Positions 22,702 to 32,957 of a stretch of DNA of 64,000 nt are shown piece by piece. Under the pieces are notes generated by a model that searched no databases, had not been told where the DNA came from, and saw nothing but the letters and a program-made list of their open reading frames with translations. This DNA comes from a virus. How positions within the stretch are numbered: the first letter of the stretch is position 1; every line of letters begins with the position of its first letter. The position numbers and the translations under genes were made by a program. The DNA is taken from the IMG/VR virus record IMGVR_UViG_3300033075_000685; one strand, written 5' to 3'.

Positions 22702-25700
22702 ATACTGATCTTGCATTACCATACATTATATGCCAAATCGTAGGATCATCTGATCTAAAAGTCATTCCGGTACTGCCCATTACTGAATCTGGTGATGGAC
22801 TTTGTAATGCTCCTGATCCTACTCCTGTTCCTGATTCTGATTGAGCTAATCCAGTTCCTCCACCTCTATTTTCACCATTAACATTTATTATAGGTGGTGG
22901 TACATTTAATGGAGACATTTGCTGTTCTTTTTCTATATTTGTTTGAACAGTCATTCCTTCTAATGTTTTTCCTCTAGTAGTTTGATTGGGTATTAATTCA
23001 GCATTTGTTTTGATTTGTTTTGATGTTATATCATTAAGTTCTCTTTTCATTTCTTTAACATCAAGTTGATCATCTACTACAGGAACTTTTTCTAATTTTT
23101 TACCAAATCTTGTTGATGTTGGTTCTAATCCTTCTTCATTAGTTATTTGTTTTGTTACTATATTATTTAATTCCTTTTTAATTGATTTAACATCAAGTTG
23201 ATCATCTACTACAGGAACTTTTTCTAATTTTTTACCAAATCTATTTGATGTTGGTGTTAATTCTTTTTCAGTTTGTTTTTCTACTAAATCACCAAGGTCT
23301 TTTTTAATTCCTTTATAATCAATTTGTTCATTGTTTACAGTAGGAGTTTTATCTAAAGTTTTACCAAATCTATTTGAAGTTGGAGTTGGTTGAGGATCAA
23401 CAACCTTGACTTTAATATCATTTAAAAATTCATTCTCAGATTTTACAGTAGGCGTTTTATCTAAAGTTCTACCAAATCTATTTGAAGTTGGAGTTGGAGG
23501 TGAAGGTTGTGATGGTATTGTAGTAGATACACCAAGATTATTTAATGTTTGGTTTTGTCTAGTTTGCGGTTGTCTTGAAGACCCCATTCCAAACATTCCT
23601 CCAAGACCTCCAATAATATTTTTTCCTAATCCAAATATACCATTCATTGCCCCTAATGCTGCATTTGCAGTATACATACCACTTAGAATTCCTGAATTGC
23701 CGGAAAATCTTCCCATTCTTCCAATCATTTGTCCTGCTTGCATTACTTGACCAACATTACCAATTGCTCTTGAAGTACCTTCTAGTATAGGAGAATTTTG
23801 ATTTCCAGTTATTGATCCCATACCTCTCATTATTCCTTGTATACCATACATTGAACCAATTGGATTATTTTTGAAATCAATTCCTCTACCCATTCCATAA
23901 ACACCCATTCCAATTCCAACCGAATTTCCTATTCCAGATGGATATCTCATTCCGTATCCACCCATAGGGTATCCCATTCCAGATGGATAACTTGGAGCAG
24001 TTCTTTGTGGTTGATTTATTCCTCCACCAAACGGGGATACTCCATAATCTCCAACTAAATCATTTACATTAGTTTGTTGATATACATCTGGATCAAAATT
24101 ATCTATTTGTTCTTTTCTTGCGGTTATTCCTTGATCTGGTGAAACATATTCTTTCCTTGCAGTTTCTTGTTGGATTGGTTCATTTAATTCTTCTTCTTCC
24201 TCTTCTTCTTCTATTCTAGTTGCACTTTCTTTAGGTTTTGCTGTTTGGACTGTATTTTGTGAATCAATACCAAATCTTTCTTTTCGCCATTCAGCAATGG
24301 ACATACCCATATTTGCACGAACTGTGTTTTCTTTTGAACCTTTTCCATACATTGTATCAAGATGCATCCAATCATCTTTAACATCTTTAAAATTTCCGCC
24401 CCATCTAGCATTAACCATTCTAGGGTCATATTGACTACCCCAAGCCACTGCATCTTGCATAAAGGTTTTATATACTTCAGAATTATATTCTGAACCATTT
24501 GCTTTACGACTAGCTCCAGGACCATTTGCTTTCCAATCCTTTTTTGGAATAAATTCTTTGCCATGTTCATCATAAAGTCTAATATCTAAAGCATGTCCTG
24601 AAGAATGATTTTTTTTCTCTCCACTTCCAGGTACTCTTTTAGAAGAAAATATATCTACCGTACCTTTCCAATTTTTCGCTGCACCAGCAATTCCTTCCAA
24701 TAAAGCAGGGTCTACTCCTTCAAATCCAGCCTTTTTTGCACTACCTGCAATATGTAAATTAGAAGGTAAGTCTATATCTTCTCCAAAAGTTTTTCCTGAT
24801 TTAATTTGATCATAAACAAGAGATTGTGGAGTATTTCCGTCTTGATCATATGGTTTAGCAGTTTGTGAAGTTTCTTTAGCATATTGAGTTTGATCAAAAT
24901 TATCATAAGTATTTTTTGCTAATTTTATTCTTTGTCCATGTATGCCTTTTTGACCATCTCTTGAAACTTCGTAATCACTATTAACAATACCTGTTTTTTC
25001 TTCAATTGTTTTTGCTTCTTTTAATTTTTTTCCAACATTTTTATATCTACCTTTTTTTAATTCATAATCTACATAATCAAGTTGATTTAAAAATGAAGCA
25101 TTTTTATTAAGGTCTTCTCCATATCGTTTTTTAAATATATCTTGTCTATCACCTCGCCATTGTGCAATTCCAGCCGCAGTTCCTTTATCACCTTTTCGTT
25201 TTCCAGAAATTACATCTTCAGAAAAATCTCCAGATTCGGCTCTAAGATTTCCAACAATAGCAGATGCATCTTCTTTACTCCAACCCTTTTCCATAAAAAA
25301 GTTCATTGCTTGATCGGATTTTGATTTCCCTTTTAGATTTTTTGGAGTTTCATCATCAGAATCTCCGTCTTTAGAATATGAATTATTTCCTCTTTTTCCT
25401 TTACCTTTTCTTCTTCCACCTTCTTTTTCAGATGTATTATATCCGCCATCACCAGAACCATCACCAGAACCACCAGAACCGCCAGAATCTCCCATTAATG
25501 AAACTACTCCGGCTATTGCTGCTATACTTGCAGCAATTCCAATAAGAACTCCTAAAATTCCTGTTCCTTTACCTAGTAATCCAGCGATTGTTCCTAAAAT
25601 TCCTCCTGCAACACCACTACCTGAAGAATCTGCAAGTTCAGAAGTATTATTTTTTTCTTTGGTGACAGTAATAAGTTGTTGTAATAATGAATTTTCTTCT

Positions 25701-26017
25701 TCTTGATCCGAAGAAGTGGTTTGAGATTCTTTTGGAGAAGTTTGTTTTAATAATCTTGTTTCAGTTAATTGTTCTTCTTGAAGAGAAAATTGTTTAACTA
25801 ATGTATCAGAAATTCTTTGTAATATGGATTGAGTTTCTTTTTCCGTATTAGTGTTTTCATCAACTTCTGCAACTACAGATTGAAGTCCAAGTTTAATAGA
25901 TTCTTGTCCATTTTTTATTACCTGCAATTCTTGAGCAGATTGAGCCCCTTGATTGTTTTGAACAGATTGATTAATACCAATTCGTTTAATAACATCAGAA
26001 AAGTCAGTTCTTTCCAT
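22700..26017 (-). CDS. tape-measure/baseplate hub (gp29-like) protein with phage lysozyme-2 and M15-like peptidase domains
   Basis: Position after gp26/gp51; ASAIVGNLRAESG...AAGIAQW; HSSGHALDI...WGGNF...DWMHLD; TM-like segment. Confidence 0.75.
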   Translation of the reverse strand: MERTDFSDVIKRIGINQSVQNNQGAQSAQELQVIKNGQESIKLGLQSVVAEVDENTNTEKETQSILQRISDTLVKQFSLQEEQLTETRLLKQTSPKESQTTSSDQEEENSLLQQLITVTKEKNNTSELADSSGSGVAGGILGTIAGLLGKGTGILGVLIGIAASIAAIAGVVSLMGDSGGSGGSGDGSGDGGYNTSEKEGGRRKGKGKRGNNSYSKDGDSDDETPKNLKGKSKSDQAMNFFMEKGWSKEDASAIVGNLRAESGDFSEDVISGKRKGDKGTAAGIAQWRGDRQDIFKKRYGEDLNKNASFLNQLDYVDYELKKGRYKNVGKKLKEAKTIEEKTGIVNSDYEVSRDGQKGIHGQRIKLAKNTYDNFDQTQYAKETSQTAKPYDQDGNTPQSLVYDQIKSGKTFGEDIDLPSNLHIAGSAKKAGFEGVDPALLEGIAGAAKNWKGTVDIFSSKRVPGSGEKKNHSSGHALDIRLYDEHGKEFIPKKDWKANGPGASRKANGSEYNSEVYKTFMQDAVAWGSQYDPRMVNARWGGNFKDVKDDWMHLDTMYGKGSKENTVRANMGMSIAEWRKERFGIDSQNTVQTAKPKESATRIEEEEEEEELNEPIQQETARKEYVSPDQGITARKEQIDNFDPDVYQQTNVNDLVGDYGVSPFGGGINQPQRTAPSYPSGMGYPMGGYGMRYPSGIGNSVGIGMGVYGMGRGIDFKNNPIGSMYGIQGIMRGMGSITGNQNSPILEGTSRAIGNVGQVMQAGQMIGRMGRFSGNSGILSGMYTANAALGAMNGIFGLGKNIIGGLGGMFGMGSSRQPQTRQNQTLNNLGVSTTIPSQPSPPTPTSNRFGRTLDKTPTVKSENEFLNDIKVKVVDPQPTPTSNRFGKTLDKTPTVNNEQIDYKGIKKDLGDLVEKQTEKELTPTSNRFGKKLEKVPVVDDQLDVKSIKKELNNIVTKQITNEEGLEPTSTRFGKKLEKVPVVDDQLDVKEMKRELNDITSKQIKTNAELIPNQTTRGKTLEGMTVQTNIEKEQQMSPLNVPPPIINVNGENRGGGTGLAQSESGTGVGSGALQSPSPDSVMGSTGMTFRSDDPTIWHIMYGNARSV

Positions 26018-26023
26018 TTAAAT

Positions 26024-26218
26024 TTACCTATTTTGCAATTTTTGTAATCTTTCGTTTTCTTCTTGTATGTACTTTTCAAGTTGACCAATATATAAATCCC
26101 GTTCCCAAGGTAACATATTTTCAATCTCTGCTAAACTATATTTGTGATGTTGTACTAAAACAAAATTTATTTTATAGTGATTTGACAAATTATCATTACC
26201 AAGGGTTAATCTAAAAAA
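26024..26218 (-). CDS. gp51: gp51-like baseplate hub assembly segment (probably reached by -1 frameshift from gp26)
   Basis: Manual translation: ...DNLSNHYKINFVLVQHHKYSLAEIENMLPWERDLYIGQL...; not in ORF track. Confidence 0.8.
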   Translation of the reverse strand, partial: FFRLTLGNDNLSNHYKINFVLVQHHKYSLAEIENMLPWERDLYIGQLEKYIQEENERLQKLQNR

Positions 26219-26940
26219 CTTTCAAGTCCTTCTAAATGGATGTGATGTTCAAATCCACATTTATCACATTTAATGGATATATCCTCTTTTAATTTAGGAA
26301 GATTTTTAAAATATTCTTCAATCTTTTTATATGTTTGAATATCTAAGGATTCAATAAATTCTTGAAGTTCTTTTTTTGATAGTTCTTTTGGATAATAAAA
26401 ATTATTTTCATCAAAAATATAATCGATACAATCAATAATAGTTTCAAAAGTTTTTTCTATAATATTTTTATCTGAATTTAATTTTTCAAGTGTCTTATAT
26501 GTTGGATATTTAAATTTAATTCCAACTTCTCCTGTTATTTGAATGGTATCTTTATAATTAGAAGTATCTACTTTTATTTTCAACAAATCTAAATTAACTG
26601 GCATAAGATTTTTACAAGGAACAAGTTCTTCGGTATCTTCATCTTCAACAAGATTTTCACATCTATATCTTGATTCAACGATTTCACCAATTGATCTTGC
26701 ACGGAGTTGAAGAAAAAAATATTCAATATCAACAGCTGATAATTCATCAATATTAATATCAGATAAACAACAATTTTTTAAAACTTCTTTAATGTTATTA
26801 TTAATAAATGATCTATCTTCTGATTCCATTGCTAATAAAAGTATTTTTTGTTCTTTTACTAAAAATGGTCTAAATTTTATTTCTTCTTGTTTAATTGGCA
26901 ATACAATAGTATAAACTGGTGTAGTAAGTTTAGGTAACAT
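26206..26940 (-). CDS. gp26: baseplate hub subunit/chaperone gp26
   Basis: MLPKL.TP.Y, FRPFLVKEQKILL, DIEYFFLQLRARSIGE, KYP, CDKC, GLESF. Confidence 0.9.
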   Translation of the reverse strand: MLPKLTTPVYTIVLPIKQEEIKFRPFLVKEQKILLLAMESEDRSFINNNIKEVLKNCCLSDINIDELSAVDIEYFFLQLRARSIGEIVESRYRCENLVEDEDTEELVPCKNLMPVNLDLLKIKVDTSNYKDTIQITGEVGIKFKYPTYKTLEKLNSDKNIIEKTFETIIDCIDYIFDENNFYYPKELSKKELQEFIESLDIQTYKKIEEYFKNLPKLKEDISIKCDKCGFEHHIHLEGLESFLD

Positions 26941-26957
26941 GAATTATCTCCATAATA

Positions 26958-27551
26958 TTAAAACAAAATAGATTGAAACGAATTTGGAACACAATATGTA
27001 TAAACAAAAGTAACAACAATTCTGTTATAAGAATTTGTGTCTCCCCAATTTAAATTAATTGGATTTACTGCTAATGGGAATGCTCTATGTAATTTAACTG
27101 CATAGGCATCTTTATTTGTTAAAGTTTTTTGAGTAATAACTATATCAACGCAATATTTATCTTTATATTCAAAATCAAAATTTAATCTATTAGTTCCAAA
27201 TAAAGGAAGATTTGCAAAAGTTGTTGCTGATAATGATATATATTCCATCCATTTATCAAAAAATTCTTTTTCCTCCATTGTATCAGAACACATAAAAACT
27301 AAATTAATTCTATCATATGCATTTTGAACTGGAAATGCTTCAACAGGACCGTAAGTTTTTTGATCAAATATAGCAAAAGTTCTTCCAGGTAATTCAGTTG
27401 TTTCACATCTAAGTGGTAAATTTGGAGCAACTTTATAATAATATGGTAAAAGCATTGGTGCGGCTGGTGGTGGTATAAATACCTCAAAATTACATGGTCT
27501 TGATAATTCTGTATTTTTAAATGATGATAAAAAGGTGGATATATTACTCAT
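26958..27551 (-). CDS. gp54: baseplate-tail tube initiator (gp54/gp19-like)
   Basis: SRPCNFEV, CETTELPGR, FFDKW, EYKDKY, AFP.AV..I.L.W; start trimmed to ATG 27551. Confidence 0.7.
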   Translation of the reverse strand: MSNISTFLSSFKNTELSRPCNFEVFIPPPAAPMLLPYYYKVAPNLPLRCETTELPGRTFAIFDQKTYGPVEAFPVQNAYDRINLVFMCSDTMEEKEFFDKWMEYISLSATTFANLPLFGTNRLNFDFEYKDKYCVDIVITQKTLTNKDAYAVKLHRAFPLAVNPINLNWGDTNSYNRIVVTFVYTYCVPNSFQSILF

Positions 27552-28273
27552 TTCTTTTTTGATTTTTGTTTTTGAAATTGTGGAATTGAAACTATTGCTG
27601 CAAATACCCATTCATGTGCTTGAATTGGTAGAATTTTACTTTGAACATGTGAAGATAAATATCTTTTAATACATGGTTTAAATGGTGTACTTTTCTTAAT
27701 ATTTTCATACTGTAAATACAGTCGTTTCATATTTGTTTCTCTATTATCAGTTCCATACCTTTCTATAAGTTGTCCTAGTAATCCTAATCGTATATTTGTA
27801 TCTAAATAATGCAAATTTAATCCTAAAAATCCTTCATTATATTTTTCTAATACTATCGTTAAAGGAAATTTATCCCATATAGGTAAAATATCTTTATATT
27901 TTGCATCATAAACATATAAATATAATCCTCCTTCAACAAATTGTTTATATTCCGGGGTTAATGTTTGTGGAACACCAATTCCTTGTTGTATTCCTTTAAT
28001 TTTTAATTGTAACCAACTTATTGAAATATCTCTTAATTTTTCTCTTTCTTCGGCACTTGCATTTCTAAATCGTTCTTGCATTGTAGGAAGTTCATCACGT
28101 TGAAAATAGAATTGATTTAATTCTCTTTGTAATGATTTCTCTACATATTTCCCCGGTTTATTATTTGCGGTAAGAATTGCCCAAGCACCCCTACCAAATA
28201 AATAAGGATTGAATATATATTTTCTTTTTTTATATTCAATAATTTGCCAATCTGTATAATTTTTACTATTCAT
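27548..28273 (-). CDS. gp2: DNA end protector gp2
   Basis: YDAKYK..LP.WDKFPL, FLGLNLHYL, PCIKRYL..HV.S. Confidence 0.9.
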   Translation of the reverse strand: MNSKNYTDWQIIEYKKRKYIFNPYLFGRGAWAILTANNKPGKYVEKSLQRELNQFYFQRDELPTMQERFRNASAEEREKLRDISISWLQLKIKGIQQGIGVPQTLTPEYKQFVEGGLYLYVYDAKYKDILPIWDKFPLTIVLEKYNEGFLGLNLHYLDTNIRLGLLGQLIERYGTDNRETNMKRLYLQYENIKKSTPFKPCIKRYLSSHVQSKILPIQAHEWVFAAIVSIPQFQKQKSKKK

Positions 28274-28287
28274 TGATTATTTATCTA

Positions 28288-28737
28288 TTATTTAAACATA
28301 TCTCGTTCAGTCAAAATTAAGAATTTCCAGTTTCTTTGTTTACAAAATCTTTTTGCACTTTCCCATTTTGCAGAATTTACTCCCCAATTTGTAACTTCGG
28401 TAATATATGCTTTTGTTATTTTTCTTTTTACTTGCGGTTCTTGAGTTTGTGCATATGGTTTTACTTCAATTAAATAAGAAGTTTCTTGTCCGGAACTATT
28501 TCTAATCTTTGCAAAACAATCTACAAAATATCTATGCCATTTACCATCAATAGGAGATATATAAGGAATTATTATTTCTTCTGAATTCCATTCAATAACA
28601 TATTCATTTTTGTCTAACCATTCAAATAGTCGTTTTTCCCAACTTGATCTATACCATATATTATTTACATCCCCTGTATATTTTTTAGAATTTTTTGGAT
28701 ACCATTGTTCCGGTTCTGGATAAGTTCTTTTTTTCAC
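28288..28737 (-). CDS. gp4: head completion nuclease gp4
   Basis: PKN..KY.GD..NI.YRSSWE, W.SEEI.IPY.SP.DGK.HRYF.D, IEVKP, N.AKW. Confidence 0.93.
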   Translation of the reverse strand: MKKRTYPEPEQWYPKNSKKYTGDVNNIWYRSSWEKRLFEWLDKNEYVIEWNSEEIIIPYISPIDGKWHRYFVDCFAKIRNSSGQETSYLIEVKPYAQTQEPQVKRKITKAYITEVTNWGVNSAKWESAKRFCKQRNWKFLILTERDMFK

Positions 28738-28798
28738 ACTTTATAACTCCTTTATTATAAATGACATAAATAATATTATTTAGTAAAGAAGTAAAAAT

Positions 28799-29788
28799 AT
28801 GGCACAACCAAGTTTTTCTGGATTACCACCACTAGGACAGTTAACAGGCGCTGCTCCTATTAAAGCAAATGGAATGACAGCACCATTAAGTACAATAAAT
28901 GGAGTTGATCCTGTTTATAACTTCACCCATTTAAAATATCCACAAGAAATTTCATATTCAAATTATCAAGGACATTATATTAATTTTTTTATAAATGTTC
29001 ATAGAGCAAGTGAGTTTCTTCAAGGAAATAGTTATAATTCTAGGGGTATTCCAGGACCAACTCGTTCTTCAGTTGGAACTTATCAAACAACAAATAAACC
29101 AACTATTCCATTAAATAATTTAGGTCCAACTATTCAATCTCACGCATACACAAGAATTGCCCAAGCCATTTCATTGTATATTCCAGATACAATGTCAACT
29201 GATCAAACTATTCAATGGGAAAATGCAAGTTTATTGAAATCAGGACAAAAACTATTACGAGGAATGGGATCACTTGCTGGATTATCGACAGGTGCATCTG
29301 CATTAAAATCTTTTGGCAGAAATGCATTAAGAAGTCTTTCTGCATTTGAGTCGGCTGCTGATGCTGCAAAGGATGTAGCAGGATTAGCAGGATTTGCGAT
29401 TAATCCACAATTATTGGTAATATTTAGAACAATTGAACCAAGATCATTTACTTATGAATTTTATTTTGCACCAAGAAATGAAGAAGAAGCACAAAATGTA
29501 TATGATATAATTTATACATTTAGATTTCATGCAGCACCAGAAGCAGTCTTTAACTATGGTGCATTCTTTATTGCACCATCAACATTTGATATAGAATTTA
29601 TGCATAAAGGGGATCGGAATACTTGGCTCCATCAAATTAAAACATGTGTTTTAAAAAATTATAATGTAGATTATGCTCCTTCTGGATGGTCAACTCATAT
29701 TGATGGTATGCCAGTAAGAACTAGATTAGTTCTTCAATTTCAAGAAGTTGATATCGTTTGTAAACAAGATATTAAATTTGGATATTAA
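28799..29788 (+). CDS. gp48: baseplate tail-tube cap gp48
   Basis: LKYP, ISLYIP, INP...IF....RSF.Y.F.F.PRN..EA, P..FDIEF, CVL....VDYAP.G. Confidence 0.88.
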   Translation: MAQPSFSGLPPLGQLTGAAPIKANGMTAPLSTINGVDPVYNFTHLKYPQEISYSNYQGHYINFFINVHRASEFLQGNSYNSRGIPGPTRSSVGTYQTTNKPTIPLNNLGPTIQSHAYTRIAQAISLYIPDTMSTDQTIQWENASLLKSGQKLLRGMGSLAGLSTGASALKSFGRNALRSLSAFESAADAAKDVAGLAGFAINPQLLVIFRTIEPRSFTYEFYFAPRNEEEAQNVYDIIYTFRFHAAPEAVFNYGAFFIAPSTFDIEFMHKGDRNTWLHQIKTCVLKNYNVDYAPSGWSTHIDGMPVRTRLVLQFQEVDIVCKQDIKFGY

Positions 29789-29799
29789 AAGGTAAAAAT

Positions 29800-30693
29800 A
29801 TGGCAAAATTTTTTGAATCATTTCCTCAAAGAATTTTTGAACAACATTTATTAACAGATTTAAATGTTAGAATAAAACTTAAAGATACTTGGTTAAATGA
29901 TAAAAAATTATATTATATATATCAATATCAAGATCATGATAAACCAGAACATTTAGCACTTAAATATTATGAAGATGAACAATTACATTGGTTAATTTTA
30001 TTAACTAATACTATATTTGATGATAATTTTGATTTTCCAATGAATGAAAGATTGTTTAAAAAATATTTAGAGAGAAAATATGCAAACAGCAAAGGACTTA
30101 AATTAGTTAAAATACTAAATCATGGTTCTGAATATGTTTCTGGATTATATGATAATATTCCATTAACTATAACAAATGCAAATGAATTATCTACAATTGG
30201 AGTAGATGCCACAGTTGATGTTACTGTTACATCAGGAAGTGTTTCTAATATTGAAATATCTAGTTGTGGAGAAAGATATGATGCAAATACAAAATTTACA
30301 ATTGACAATACCTATTTAGGAGGAACTGGAACTGGTTTTACTGCCGAAGTTGCATCTTATATAGGTGGTTATGAATATTCACAAATAACCCCACATCCAA
30401 TTTATAGATACCAAAAACATATACGAATAATTTCTGAAAGAGAAATTCAAGATCATTATTATGTAATTGATAAAAATTCTTATATAAATTTATTTGATCA
30501 ATATCCAAGTAATACTAAGATTATAACATTTGGAACAGGCGATGAAATTAGTTATGAAGTAGAAAGAAGAATGCCAGAAATAACTATTTTTCAAAAAGAA
30601 TTTGAAGATAATGAAGCAAAACGAAGTATTAAAATCTTAAAAAAAGAATTTGCTCCTTTTGCAATAAATGAAATAACAGGATTATTACAATAA
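29800..30693 (+). CDS. gp53: baseplate wedge gp53 (with inserted beta domain)
   Basis: FF..FP, D.PE.LA.KYY....LHW.ILL.N, E..NEAKR.IKILK. Confidence 0.85.
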   Translation: MAKFFESFPQRIFEQHLLTDLNVRIKLKDTWLNDKKLYYIYQYQDHDKPEHLALKYYEDEQLHWLILLTNTIFDDNFDFPMNERLFKKYLERKYANSKGLKLVKILNHGSEYVSGLYDNIPLTITNANELSTIGVDATVDVTVTSGSVSNIEISSCGERYDANTKFTIDNTYLGGTGTGFTAEVASYIGGYEYSQITPHPIYRYQKHIRIISEREIQDHYYVIDKNSYINLFDQYPSNTKIITFGTGDEISYEVERRMPEITIFQKEFEDNEAKRSIKILKKEFAPFAINEITGLLQ

Positions 30694-30694
30694 T

Positions 30695-32086
30695 ATGTCA
30701 CTAAAAAGTCAATCAGTAGTTGGATTAGAAATCCATAAATGTGAAATTAAAGCAAAAGGTAAAACTTATGAATTTAAAAATGCGGTAACTGAATATCATT
30801 ATTATGAAGATATTTTTATTAATTTTGCGCATGGTATGCTTATGATTAGTGATTCTGCGGCATGGCAGAATTTAGCTGATTGGACTGGCGATGAAACTTT
30901 AACATTACATATTAAAAAACCAACTTGTAAAGTAATGTTCAAAGGTGAATTTAGAATATTTAATGTTCAAGGAAAAAAACTTGCTAGTGATTCTAATGAA
31001 AACCATATTGTACATTTTGTATCGAAAACAGTTCATTTAAATGAAATGATTAAAATTAGTCGTTCATATAAAAATAAAAAAATATCTGATATAGTAAAAG
31101 ATATTGGAAAACGATATTTAAATATTGACATTGATGTTGAACCAACTTATCAACCGTTAGATATAGTTATTCCTAAATTAAAACCTTTTGAAGCAATTAA
31201 TTGGTTAGCAACATTAGCAATTCCAGAAAAATATAATAATATAAAAAGTGGTGCTCATTATTTCTTTTGGGAAAGTCATGATCCATATTCAGGAGAATAT
31301 CCAAAATATTTTTTCTGGCCAATGCATAGATTATTTGATGAATATAGTAGTTCAAGACACTTTATTACTCCATTATCAGGTTCAACTGGAGGGGGAAGGG
31401 GTTCTGGATATTGGTATGGAACTAAAAATCTTGAAGATAAATATTATACAGATTGGGATGAATTTGAACAAATTATTTCTTTTGAAGTATTAAATACTTA
31501 TGATACTGCTGAATCTATTCGTAAAGGAATGTTCGCAAATAGAATGTTTTCTCTTGATTATTTAAGAAGGGTTCATAAAAATGCTGACTTTAATTATAAT
31601 AAATATTGGAAAGAAAGTTTAAAACCATTAAACTTATATGCAACAGATTATGGAAATAGTATTAAAAGTTTTAATTCTGGTGAAGTTGATGAAAGTATAG
31701 AATCTACATTAAAACTTTATCCATCTACAACAAGACAACCAATAAATCCTTATGTTATTCTTAGAGAAGCCGATATAAAACCGAATCAAGTTGAACATAC
31801 TGTACCTTATAGATATGCACAACTGTCATTAATGGGACATAATAGATTAAAATTAGTCATTCCCGGCGATCCATATATGCCGATTGGATGGTATATTAGG
31901 GTACATATGCCAAGAATATCGCGTTCTTCTCCAAAGGAATTAAAGAGTGGAGAACTTGAAGATAAGTATCTTTCTGGATGGTATTTAATTACTGCAATTC
32001 ATAGTGTAATTAATCAAGAAAATGAATTTCAAACTGTTGTTGAATGTATGAAAGATGCATACCATAAACCAACTCCTTGGCGTTAA
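30695..32086 (+). CDS. baseplate hub protein (gp27-like)
   Basis: YEDIF, KISRSY, P..KPFEAINWLA, FFWE, PGD, LSGWYLITAI.H; synteny between gp53 and gp5. Confidence 0.7.
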   Translation: MSLKSQSVVGLEIHKCEIKAKGKTYEFKNAVTEYHYYEDIFINFAHGMLMISDSAAWQNLADWTGDETLTLHIKKPTCKVMFKGEFRIFNVQGKKLASDSNENHIVHFVSKTVHLNEMIKISRSYKNKKISDIVKDIGKRYLNIDIDVEPTYQPLDIVIPKLKPFEAINWLATLAIPEKYNNIKSGAHYFFWESHDPYSGEYPKYFFWPMHRLFDEYSSSRHFITPLSGSTGGGRGSGYWYGTKNLEDKYYTDWDEFEQIISFEVLNTYDTAESIRKGMFANRMFSLDYLRRVHKNADFNYNKYWKESLKPLNLYATDYGNSIKSFNSGEVDESIESTLKLYPSTTRQPINPYVILREADIKPNQVEHTVPYRYAQLSLMGHNRLKLVIPGDPYMPIGWYIRVHMPRISRSSPKELKSGELEDKYLSGWYLITAIHSVINQENEFQTVVECMKDAYHKPTPWR

Positions 32087-32117
32087 ATATAGATATGATT
32101 AAAGAGGATATATTATT

Positions 32118-32903
32118 ATGAGCGTTTCAAAAACCACAAAAAATTTCCCTGGTAGAGATAAATTTGTTTGGTGGACAGGAATTGTTGAAGGAAGAAAAGA
32201 CCCATTATTAATGTCACGAATTCAAGTAAGAATTTTTGGTTGGCATACTGAAATTAAACAAGGACCAAAAGATCAAATTCCGACAGAAGAATTATTATGG
32301 GCACATCCTGCGTTAGCATGTAATGCACATCAAATTACACATGTACCAAAAGAAGGTGATATGGTAATGGGATTTTTTATGGATCATGAAGATGCTCAAC
32401 ATCCATTTTATATGTTTGTATTACCAAGTTTTCCTGCAAAAATTTATCCAGAAGATAAAGGATTTTCTGATCCAGCATTAGACGTTGAAACTAGACCAAA
32501 GCATTATTTTCTAAAAACTCCAACTAGATATCCACCAGAAATTGATTTAAATGAACCAACAACGAGTAGAACTGCTAGACATGATTTTTTAATGAAAACT
32601 CCTATATGGTCGCCAAATTATTTAAGTGAAATAACTACATATGATCCAGTATATCCATATAACTTTTCAATTCAAGGAGAAAGCGGGCATTTTATTGATA
32701 TAGATGATACTCCAGATAAAGAACGTATAACAATAATGCATAAAAGCGGAAGTTTTATTGAATTTACTCCAATAGGTGATATATTAATCAAATCAGTTGG
32801 ATTTATTAGATTAAATTGTACTGGTGGAACTATGGCAAATCTTAAATCTGCCACAGCAGATGTATCGGTTCCTCCAGAACCACCAGAAGAGGATGATTTA
32901 TAA
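32118..32903 (+). CDS. gp5: baseplate central spike gp5 (OB fold, no lysozyme domain)
   Basis: WWTGIVE.R.DPL...RIQVRIFGWH, L.WA.P, GFF.D...Q.P, YPYN....ESGH...IDDTP..ERI...HKSG. Confidence 0.9.
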   Translation: MSVSKTTKNFPGRDKFVWWTGIVEGRKDPLLMSRIQVRIFGWHTEIKQGPKDQIPTEELLWAHPALACNAHQITHVPKEGDMVMGFFMDHEDAQHPFYMFVLPSFPAKIYPEDKGFSDPALDVETRPKHYFLKTPTRYPPEIDLNEPTTSRTARHDFLMKTPIWSPNYLSEITTYDPVYPYNFSIQGESGHFIDIDDTPDKERITIMHKSGSFIEFTPIGDILIKSVGFIRLNCTGGTMANLKSATADVSVPPEPPEEDDL

Positions 32904-32957
32904 AATAATTCTTATTAAATTAAATAGATAAATAATAAATAAAGGAGAAATTTTTAT

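Noticed and set aside
25918..26124. 68-aa ORF from the track
   Set aside because: Wrong frame; the recognisable gp51-like sequence is in another frame (26024..26218).
28288..28737. TnsA transposase
   Set aside because: A TnsA-like fold is expected for gp4; it sits in canonical gp2-gp4-gp48-gp53 synteny with no transposon ends.
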